From: Chloroflexota bacterium
Lineage (GTDB): Bacteria > Chloroflexota > Anaerolineae > Aggregatilineales > UBA3940
Length of the DNA stretch: 27,920 bases
Direction of reading: 5' to 3'
NCBI GenBank assembly: GCA_011051745.1
Contig: DRKO01000280.1
Location: 1-27,920, forward strand
Part shown: one piece after another, positions 6,636-14,061 of the stretch
Numbering within the stretch: position 1 is the stretch's first letter
How the letters are laid out: the number at the start of each line of letters is the position of its first letter
Notes under the pieces: model-generated
Databases searched by the model: none
What the model was told of the DNA's origin: nothing
The model's input: the letters and a program-made list of their open reading frames with translations, nothing else
Program-made: the position numbers and the translations under genes

Positions 6636-8075
6636 TTAGAAGCCAAACCCGACTTTGCCGGGGTTCATGATCCCGTTGGGATCGATCATCCGCTTGAGCC
6701 TCAGCAGGAAGGGCCAGGCCGAGCCGTACTGCCTGCGCATGTAGCGGGCCAGCTTCAGCCCCACCCCGTGATGCTCGTTGATCATGCCCCCGTTTGCCAT
6801 CACGGCCTGCATGGCGGCGTTCCACACCCGATTGTGCAGCCGCAACGCCTCGCGGGCGTCCGCCGGCGGCTCCTCGATGATGAAACGCGAATACAGCATC
6901 ACGCCCCAGTGGAACCAGTGCGAGAAATGGCCGATGAAGCGCACGTTCCAGTCGGCGAAGCCCTCCTCGACGGCCTTCTTCTCAGCGTAGTAGACGGCTT
7001 CGATCCTGTCGTAGGTGGTGACGGTTTCGGTTGTGCCGTACATCCAGGGCAGCTTGAGGTTCTGCGGCGGGTAGTAGAAGTCGTAGCGGTGCGCCCACCA
7101 CGCCTCGCCCGGCTCGCGCCCCAGATCACGCGCCCCCAGCCGGGCGCAAATCTCCATCGCCTTCTGCTCCTGAAGGGCGGCGATGTCCGGATCGCCATCG
7201 AAGCCGAGCACCATGTACGCGCCGTCAAAGTCGTAGCCGAGGATTTTCCGAACGCGGGTCAGCGTGGAGGCCGGATCGTACAGCCGGATGACGAAGGGAT
7301 CGAGGCGGCGGGTCATCATCAGGCGGCCTGCTTCCAGCGCGTTGTGCAGGTCGTCGAACAGCACCGCCCGCAACAGGCGGGCTTCCGGCAGGTAGTCCAC
7401 CTGCATGGTCGCCTCGGTGATGATGCCGAACGTCCCCTCCGCCCCCAGAAACAGGCGGAAGAAGTCCGGGCCGGAGGCGTGCTGCGGAACCGGCGGGGTG
7501 TGGATGATCTCGCCGGTGGGCAACACAACTTCCATGCTGAGCACCAGGTCTTCGGCTTTGCCGTACTTGGTGCTGATCGTCCCCGTCCCGCGCGGAGCCA
7601 GATAGCCGCCCAGCGTGGCGCAGTTGGCGGAGGCCGGATAGTGGGGCAGCGTCAGCCCCTTTTCGTTGAGCGCCCACTCAAGCTGTGTCCCGATGATCCC
7701 GGCCTGCGCGGTGACCGTCAGGGATTTCTCGTCAATCTCGATGATCTTATCCAGCCGCTTTGTGTCCACCAGAATGCCGCCAAAGATCGGCAGCGCTCCG
7801 CCCTGCGTGCCCGATCCGCCGCCCCAGGGGACAACCGGAATACGATACTTGTTGGCGATCTCCATGATCTCGGAGATTTCTTCCGCCGAGGCGGGGTGGA
7901 CGATGTAGTCCGGCGTCCTTAACGGCCTGCCGCGATCCAGCCACATCTGCGGCATCCACGACCAATCGGTCGAGTAGACCAGCTTATCGCTCTCCTCAAC
8001 CGAGATGAAGGCCGGGCCGACGATCTCCTCCAGTTCGCTGCGGATCATTTCAGCCTGGAACAGGGCACGCTTCAC
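6636..8075 (-). CDS. FAD-binding oxidoreductase, VAO/PCMH fold, alkyl-DHAP-synthase (ADPS/YgcU)-like clade, 479 aa
   Basis: Motifs PWGGGSGTQGG, HYPAS, TLGGYLA, GAEGTFGIIT and C-terminal EHHGVG...DPNGIMNPGK. GTG start with AAGGAG upstream. Confidence 0.85.
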   Translation of the reverse strand: MKRALFQAEMIRSELEEIVGPAFISVEESDKLVYSTDWSWMPQMWLDRGRPLRTPDYIVHPASAEEISEIMEIANKYRIPVVPWGGGSGTQGGALPIFGGILVDTKRLDKIIEIDEKSLTVTAQAGIIGTQLEWALNEKGLTLPHYPASANCATLGGYLAPRGTGTISTKYGKAEDLVLSMEVVLPTGEIIHTPPVPQHASGPDFFRLFLGAEGTFGIITEATMQVDYLPEARLLRAVLFDDLHNALEAGRLMMTRRLDPFVIRLYDPASTLTRVRKILGYDFDGAYMVLGFDGDPDIAALQEQKAMEICARLGARDLGREPGEAWWAHRYDFYYPPQNLKLPWMYGTTETVTTYDRIEAVYYAEKKAVEEGFADWNVRFIGHFSHWFHWGVMLYSRFIIEEPPADAREALRLHNRVWNAAMQAVMANGGMINEHHGVGLKLARYMRRQYGSAWPFLLRLKRMIDPNGIMNPGKVGFGF

Positions 8076-8100
8076 AGCCGACTCCTTGTGTATTGTCTCT

Positions 8101-8117
8101 CTGGCGGGAACCGCCAG
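8101..8117. other. Short stem-loop immediately after the MocR stop codon
   Basis: CTGGCGG-GAA-CCGCCAG, a perfect 7-bp stem. Confidence 0.5.
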
Positions 8118-8118
8118 C

Positions 8119-9594
8119 CTACTCCTGCGGCACGTCGGGATGCGGGGGCATCCAGTAATCCCCTTCGCCCGTCTGGGCCTCGATGACGCGGCTCAGCACA
8201 ACCACCGCCTCGCTGATGACGCGCTCCGGCTGGCTCACAAAGCAGATGCGCAGGTGATCGTTAGAACCGGGGGCCACCAGGAATGCGTCGCCAGGCGTAA
8301 ACGCGAACCCGCGCCGCAGCACCTCGCGGGAGACAACGGTCGCATCAATGCCGGGTGGGAGAGTGACCCAGCAAGCGAATCCGCCTCTGGGATGAGTCCA
8401 GGTGACCCCCGGCGGCATATGCCATCGGAGATCGCGCAGGAGCCGGTCGCGGCGTTCCCGGTAGATGGGGATGACCCGCCGCAGATGGCGTCTGAGCGCG
8501 CCGCTCTGGATGAAGTTGGCGACCGCTCGCTGCACAAAGGGCGGCCCGCAGAAATCAGCCGCGCGGCGCAGCGATACCAGTTGCCGGTGCAACGGCTCCG
8601 GCGCGACGACGTATCCCACCCGCAGGCCGGGCATCATCACTTTGGACATGCTGCTGATGTAGATCACCTGCTCCGCTTCGTCCAGAGATTTCAGCGCCGG
8701 GGCCGGGTCGCCGTCATAGGCAAGCTGGCCGGATGAGTCGTCCTCCACCAGAATCAGGCTGTAACGGCGGGCCAGCGCCAGCAACGCCCTGCGCCGCTCC
8801 GGGGACATCAGCGTGCCAGTGGGGTGGTGGAAGTTGGGGACGGTGTGGAAGAAGCGGGGGCGGTACTGCACGATGATCCGCTCCAGCTCATCCAGACGCG
8901 GCCCGTGTTCATCCAGCGGCACGTCAACGGCCCGCACGTGATAGGTGCGCAGGCTGTTGATCAGGCCGAGATGAGTGGGCCGCTCGACGACCACCACGTC
9001 GCCGGGGCGGGTGAGGGCCTGCGTGATGAGCGAGATTCCCTGCGTGACGCCGGAGGTCACCAGAATGTTATCCGGCATGGCCTCAACGCCGCGCTCGCGC
9101 AGCAGGTCTGCCAGAGCGGTTCGGAGGGCAGGATCGCCCTGCGGCCAGCTATAGCGCAGGAGGGCGGCACTTTCGGCGCGGAGCCTGTGCAGTTCGCCCC
9201 AGAACTCACCCGCCGGGAACAGTTCGGGGTCCGGTTCAGCGTATGCAAACGAGCGCACGATGGCAATCTGGTTGATCTTCGGCTGGTCATCCAGCACACT
9301 GTCCGGCGTCGAGGAATGCCCGACGGAGTCGATCAGCGCCTCTGGCCGGGCCGTGCGGGCGACGAATGTCCCTTTCCCGATAACCGTCTCGATCCAGCCC
9401 TGCGCCCGCAGTTCATCATAGGCCGTCTGCGCTGTCAGGCGCGTTACGCCGAGTTGCTCGGCCATCTGCCGGATGGGGGGGAGCTTGGCTCCCACAGGCA
9501 AGCGGCCCTCCCGTATCTGTTGCCTGATCTGCGCGGCGATCTGCCGGTATAGAGGCTGTGGAGCCTCTCGGTCAACACTGAATGGAAACGGCAC
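8119..9594 (-). CDS. MocR/GabR-family transcriptional regulator (GntR wHTH + PLP-dependent aminotransferase-like domain), 491 aa
   Basis: N-terminal PLYRQIA...LPPIRQMAEQLGVTRLT...GKGTFV. C-terminal PNFHHPTG, EDD, and SSMSKVMMPGLRVGY with the PLP lysine. Confidence 0.92.
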   Translation of the reverse strand: MPFPFSVDREAPQPLYRQIAAQIRQQIREGRLPVGAKLPPIRQMAEQLGVTRLTAQTAYDELRAQGWIETVIGKGTFVARTARPEALIDSVGHSSTPDSVLDDQPKINQIAIVRSFAYAEPDPELFPAGEFWGELHRLRAESAALLRYSWPQGDPALRTALADLLRERGVEAMPDNILVTSGVTQGISLITQALTRPGDVVVVERPTHLGLINSLRTYHVRAVDVPLDEHGPRLDELERIIVQYRPRFFHTVPNFHHPTGTLMSPERRRALLALARRYSLILVEDDSSGQLAYDGDPAPALKSLDEAEQVIYISSMSKVMMPGLRVGYVVAPEPLHRQLVSLRRAADFCGPPFVQRAVANFIQSGALRRHLRRVIPIYRERRDRLLRDLRWHMPPGVTWTHPRGGFACWVTLPPGIDATVVSREVLRRGFAFTPGDAFLVAPGSNDHLRICFVSQPERVISEAVVVLSRVIEAQTGEGDYWMPPHPDVPQE

Positions 9595-9628
9595 TTACAG
9601 GCTTTCCTCTGGAACCATGCTTACAGAC

Positions 9629-9634
9629 ATTGTA
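9629..9634 (-). promoter_or_regulatory. Candidate sigma70 -10 box (TACAAT) for the MocR gene
   Basis: 5/6 match to TATAAT, 35 nt upstream of the GTG start. No clear -35. Confidence 0.35.
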
Positions 9635-9677
9635 GGGCACAGGCATATGCCCCTGACAGAGACACTGAAAGGACAAT

Positions 9678-9738
9678 CTACCGGGCCACCGATGGGCCGG
9701 TAGCGTGGGATGCGGGGGGGCGATGCACGCATCGCCCC
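9678..9738. repeat. Two inverted repeats between the isomerase paralogue and MocR
   Basis: CTACCGG/CCGGTAG at 9678-9703, and a perfect GGGGCGATGC-AC-GCATCGCCCC at 9717-9738. Confidence 0.6.
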
Positions 9739-9790
9739 AGACTCATGCCGGAGGCAACCGGCTTGCTGGTCGGATGTGAGAGGCGCTCGC

Positions 9791-10825
9791 TCAGCCTCCC
9801 GTCAGTGCGCTCAGGATCAGCCAGTCGAGCTCCTCGTAGTCGCGGGCGGCGATCAGTTCGTTGATCCTCTCCCGATCCAGTGAGCGCACCACCTCGACCA
9901 GCCGGAGGAACATGTGCAGGCTGTTCCGCAGGTGCTTGGTCGCCAGTTCTGCCGGCTGGGTGCGGAGGGCCTTCACGTCCAGCCCGACCATCCCCTTCTC
10001 GTAGAAGCGGTTCTCATCCAGCACGCGCACCTGATTGAAGGCCCGTCGCAGGTCTACCGAGCCGAAGGAGCGATCCTGATCGAACTTCAGGCCGTTCTGA
10101 TCGTTCAGGTGGACGCTCCAGAGCTTATCGAAGGCCAGCGCGAAGCTCATCTCGTCCGCCGGATCAAGCCCGGCCAGAACGGCGTGCGCGGTCTCGACCA
10201 GCGCCCCCACACGCGAAGGGTCGCTGGCCTGAAAACCGAGCGCCAGCGCGTGCCCGATGGTCGGGATGTACGCCAGGTCCATCGGCTCGTTGGGCTTGGG
10301 CTCAATGGCGATGCGAAGCTGCGGGTCGTATTCCAGCAGCGTGTTGACGGCCTCCAGAAGGCGATGGGTGGCCTGCACGGCGTCTTTGGCCTCGCGCATA
10401 TAGGTTCCTTCACGGGCCAGCCAGAGCACCATCAGGTTTGTGCCCAGCTCACGCCCGATGTCGGCGGCCTTTTTGGAGCGCTCGATGGCGTACTCACGCG
10501 CTTTCGGGTCGTTGGAGGTAAACGCCCCGTCAATCGTCATCGGGTGTTCCCACAGGCGCGGCGCGACAAACTCAGCCACCAGCCCGTGATCCTCCAGCCT
10601 GCGGCGCATCGCCCGGGCCTGCTTCGCGATCTCTGAGGCCGAAAGATCGTCAAGGTCAGGCACGGCGTCGTCGTCGTGGAACTGGACGGCGTCAAAGCCC
10701 AGATCGTTGAAGACCTTCAGCTTCTCGTCAAAGGTCAGGGAGGGACGCACGGGCGGCCCGAAGGGATCGGCCCCCTCGTGGATATTCCACGGCCCGAACG
10801 AAAAGCGATACCCGTATTTCTCCAT
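9791..10825 (-). CDS. Divergent xylose-isomerase-family protein, substrate unknown, 344 aa
   Basis: Motifs FSFGPWN, FHDDD, DGAFTSND, WLAREG, IEPKPNEP, ETAH, HLNDQ and FDQD align with XylA. ATG at 10825 with AAGGAGG upstream. Confidence 0.85.
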   Translation of the reverse strand: MEKYGYRFSFGPWNIHEGADPFGPPVRPSLTFDEKLKVFNDLGFDAVQFHDDDAVPDLDDLSASEIAKQARAMRRRLEDHGLVAEFVAPRLWEHPMTIDGAFTSNDPKAREYAIERSKKAADIGRELGTNLMVLWLAREGTYMREAKDAVQATHRLLEAVNTLLEYDPQLRIAIEPKPNEPMDLAYIPTIGHALALGFQASDPSRVGALVETAHAVLAGLDPADEMSFALAFDKLWSVHLNDQNGLKFDQDRSFGSVDLRRAFNQVRVLDENRFYEKGMVGLDVKALRTQPAELATKHLRNSLHMFLRLVEVVRSLDRERINELIAARDYEELDWLILSALTGG

Positions 10826-10914
10826 CGTTGCCTCCTTGTGGAGCGCGGGCACAGACCCGGCGGGAGCCTCCCGCGCTCTGGAAGTGTGTTCAGATTTCTT
10901 TCAGCGCACCGCCA

Positions 10915-12081
10915 TCACAGGGCAACCGTCTGCCCTGTGGCCTGAGACTCAAGCGCGGCGGTAAAGAGATCGTGGCTGCGTGCCGCCTCCTCCGGCGTGG
11001 CGCAGTAGAAGGGCTGCTGCATCCCCTCGCGCCCGTTGACCAGCTCATCGCAGAAGGCGGCCCACATCTGGAGGATGGCGTCTGAGAGGCCAAACTCGAA
11101 GATGCCGCCCGTGATGGTCGGATAGGCCGACTTATAGCCGATGTCCTCCACGTGCCAGGCCTGCGGCCCGCCCGGCGTGTACGGCAGATAGCGCAGCGTG
11201 CGGGGGTACTTGGTGCTGAACTCCGCGCTGAACTCCGTGCCGAGCACCCGGATAAACCAGGTGTCCATCTCGCCGGGGGCGATGCGTTTGGTGGAGAGCA
11301 CCATCGGGAATTGCTGTCCCCCCGCTTCCACCTCGCAGGCCAGAATGGCGTTATCCCACGTCTCGCAGGGAACCATGCGGCCCTCTTTGTCCGGTCGCTC
11401 GGTCATGATGTTGGAGAGCAGGGCACGCACGTTCTGCGGGAACCAGCCCGCGCGGAAGGGGACATGCACGACGTGCATTCCCAGATCGCCCATGCAGCCG
11501 TACTCGCCGTTGATCTCGATCATCCGCTTCCAGTTGATCGGCTTCTGCGGGTTCAGGTCGCTGCTGTGCCAGAACCCGGCTTCCACCTCGATGATCTTCC
11601 CGAAACGCCCTTCCATGATCCACTGCGTGATGCGGTATGCGCCGGGGTAGAAGGGGAATTCGGACGAGCAACGCACCAGCACATCGGGGTTGGCCTCGAT
11701 GGCGGCGTTGATCTGCTCGTTGGCCGCTTTATCTATCCCGAAAGGCTTCTCACCGAGCAGGTGCTTGCCCGCCTCGATGATGTCCACGTAAAACTGAGCG
11801 TGCAGATTGTGCGGGATGGCGCAGTAGATCGCGTCAATCTCCGGATCGGCCAGCAATTCGTGGTAATCGGTCGTCGCCAGCCGGACCGACTCGAAGTTGT
11901 CGGTGTACCAGTTCATCACCTGTGGGTTGACATCGCAGACGGCGACGATGCGCGGCAAGAACCCCGGCCCCTGCCCCGTTTTCGGGTCGGAGAGGTGCGC
12001 CCAGCGAGCGACGGCGCTGGCAAACTCGCGCCCCATCAGCCCGCAGCCGATGATCCCAAAGTCTATGATTTTCTGTGCCAT
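10915..12081 (-). CDS. Gfo/Idh/MocA-family NAD(P)-dependent oxidoreductase, 388 aa
   Basis: Rossmann motif GIIGCGLMG, GEKP, and GDLGMH (D-x-x-x-H). SD GGAGGAG upstream. Confidence 0.9.
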   Translation of the reverse strand: MAQKIIDFGIIGCGLMGREFASAVARWAHLSDPKTGQGPGFLPRIVAVCDVNPQVMNWYTDNFESVRLATTDYHELLADPEIDAIYCAIPHNLHAQFYVDIIEAGKHLLGEKPFGIDKAANEQINAAIEANPDVLVRCSSEFPFYPGAYRITQWIMEGRFGKIIEVEAGFWHSSDLNPQKPINWKRMIEINGEYGCMGDLGMHVVHVPFRAGWFPQNVRALLSNIMTERPDKEGRMVPCETWDNAILACEVEAGGQQFPMVLSTKRIAPGEMDTWFIRVLGTEFSAEFSTKYPRTLRYLPYTPGGPQAWHVEDIGYKSAYPTITGGIFEFGLSDAILQMWAAFCDELVNGREGMQQPFYCATPEEAARSHDLFTAALESQATGQTVAL

Positions 12082-12098
12082 GAGAGTCTCTCCTCCGC

Positions 12099-12938
12099 TC
12101 AGGCCGAGGAGCGCAGCAGCTTCAGGGCCTCTTCCGGTGTCGCCCCTTCGTGGACAATCGCCATAAAGGCGCGGGTGATCGCCGTCGGATTCGGATGCTG
12201 GATGACGTTGCGCCCGTAGACGATCCCGCGTGCCCCCTGCTGCATCAGGTCGTAGGTGCGTTGCAGGATTTCCTCCTCGGAGGCCTTGCTGCCCCCGCGC
12301 ACCAGCACCGGCACATCACCGGCCACCTCGATGACGGTGTGGTACACGCTCACATCGTCGGTCGGGTCGGCCTTGATCACGTCGGCCCCCAGTTCCACCG
12401 CCTGACGCACCAGCGGGATGATTTTGTCGGGGTCGCCGTCCACCATATAGCCCCCGGCCACCTCGTTGGGCTGCATCACCAGCGGCTCGATCATGAGCGG
12501 CATCCCGTAGCGCTCACATTCCGGCTTCAGCCGGTTGATGTTCTGGATGCACTGGTGGTACACCTCCGGCTGGCCGGGGATGCGAAACAGGTTGACGACC
12601 ACACAGGCCGCGTCGAGGCGGATGGCCTGCTCGACCGGATTCTCGATCAACTCGCTGAAAAGATGGTGGGGCAGTTCCCGCCCGTAGACGTTGGCGATGT
12701 CGGTTCGCAGGACAAGGGACGGCTTCTCCTTGCCCGGCACGCCCTGCAGGATCGGGGCCTGACCGGGGCTGAGCTGGATGGCGTCCGGGTTGGCCTCGAC
12801 GACGGCGGCGATCACCTTCCGCATGTCCTCGATGCCGGTCAGGAAGCGCCGTTCGTTGAAGAAGCCGTGATCAATGGCAACATCAAAACACTTCCCGTCA
12901 GCAGCCAGCAGGCGGTTAAGCCGTGCGCTAACGTTCAT
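12099..12938 (-). CDS. Class I (Schiff-base) aldolase, DhnA/DeoC/LacD superfamily, 279 aa
   Basis: Motifs VAIDHG, LRTD, IEPLV, GADVIKAD (Schiff-base Lys), VLVRGG and GIVYGRNV. Confidence 0.85.
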   Translation of the reverse strand: MNVSARLNRLLAADGKCFDVAIDHGFFNERRFLTGIEDMRKVIAAVVEANPDAIQLSPGQAPILQGVPGKEKPSLVLRTDIANVYGRELPHHLFSELIENPVEQAIRLDAACVVVNLFRIPGQPEVYHQCIQNINRLKPECERYGMPLMIEPLVMQPNEVAGGYMVDGDPDKIIPLVRQAVELGADVIKADPTDDVSVYHTVIEVAGDVPVLVRGGSKASEEEILQRTYDLMQQGARGIVYGRNVIQHPNPTAITRAFMAIVHEGATPEEALKLLRSSA

Positions 12939-12966
12939 TTTCGTTCCGTCCTCTCTCGTATTCCGG

Positions 12967-13920
12967 CTACGATTTCACCGGCGTGGAGTCCATAAATTCA
13001 AGCGTTTCTGAAAGCGAGCGGACGCCGCCCGCCGCGCCGACACCCGTCACGCACAGCGCACCGACGGCGTTGGCAAAGCGGGCTGTCTTCTCCAGCGGCC
13101 AGCCCTGCCACACCCCGGCGATGAACCCGGCGGCGAAGGCATCCCCCGCGCCGGTCGCGTCCACCACCTCCACCTCGAAGGCAGGGAGCCGCACCGTCTG
13201 GCCCTCCTGCGTCATCACAAGGCAGCCCTCCGCGCCCATCTTCAGCCCGACGGTTCCCACCCCCTCATCCAGCAGGGCGCGGGCGACCTCTGCCGGGTCT
13301 TCCAGACCGGTTAACGCCTGTGCCTCTACCAGACTGGGGACGAAATAATCGGTGTGGGGCAGGCAGGGCTTCAGCGTCTTCATCCAGCGGCCGGTGTCGT
13401 CCCAGACGGTATCCAGAAAGGTTGTCACGCCTGCCGCCTGTGCCTCGCGCAGCAGTTCGGCGGTCGGCTGGCCGTCAAGGCCGGGCATCACCAGCGCCCC
13501 GGCCACATGCAGGATGGAAGCCCCCCGGACGATCTCCCGGTCCACATCATCCAGCGTCAGGCGGGCGTTGGCCCCGATGTAGTGTACAAAACGCCGCTCG
13601 CCGTCCGGGTCCACCATGACCATCGTGGCCGAAGTCCCCGTTTCGGGGTCGCGCTTCACGCCCTCTGTTCCGATGCCGCGACCGGCCAGGGCCTCCAGCA
13701 GAAAATCGCCGAAGGGATCGTCCCCGACCTTGCCGATCACCTCAACCGGCAGACCCAGCCGCGCCAGTCCGGTCGCCGAGTTGACGGCGCAGCCGCCGGT
13801 GTGGAGACTCATCTCATCCACCAGAACCAGCCGCCCCGGCTCAGGGAAGGCCCGCAGGGGTCGCCCCACCACGTCGGCGACCATGATCCCCAGGCAGACG
13901 ATGGGCTTGCGTTCGTTCAT
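12967..13920 (-). CDS. PfkB/ribokinase-family carbohydrate kinase, 317 aa
   Basis: Motifs GGCAVNSATGLARLG, GKVGDDPFG and VDATGAGDAFAAG. Confidence 0.92.
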   Translation of the reverse strand: MNERKPIVCLGIMVADVVGRPLRAFPEPGRLVLVDEMSLHTGGCAVNSATGLARLGLPVEVIGKVGDDPFGDFLLEALAGRGIGTEGVKRDPETGTSATMVMVDPDGERRFVHYIGANARLTLDDVDREIVRGASILHVAGALVMPGLDGQPTAELLREAQAAGVTTFLDTVWDDTGRWMKTLKPCLPHTDYFVPSLVEAQALTGLEDPAEVARALLDEGVGTVGLKMGAEGCLVMTQEGQTVRLPAFEVEVVDATGAGDAFAAGFIAGVWQGWPLEKTARFANAVGALCVTGVGAAGGVRSLSETLEFMDSTPVKS

Positions 13921-14061
13921 CGGGAAGCCTCTCCTCTCTGCTGCTACAGGCTCACAGGGGGTGTAATGTAGCCTTCACCCCCTCATCGTCGCTGTGCTCT
14001 GATGTGCCCCCCCCGTGGCGGGGGGATGGATGGGTCGGACGTTGCGACGCCCGCCGATCCG

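Noticed and set aside
9791-13920. Sulfoglycolysis (sulfo-EMP) assignment suggested by isomerase + PfkB + aldolase + TSUP
   Set aside because: There is no GH31/GH188 sulfoquinovosidase, AGE-family SQ isomerase or sulfolactaldehyde reductase/dehydrogenase. Only the pathway logic is similar.
13965-13970. TACATT as a -10 box for the PfkB cassette
   Set aside because: It is only a 4/6 match with no -35 or extended -10, so there is too little support to call a promoter.
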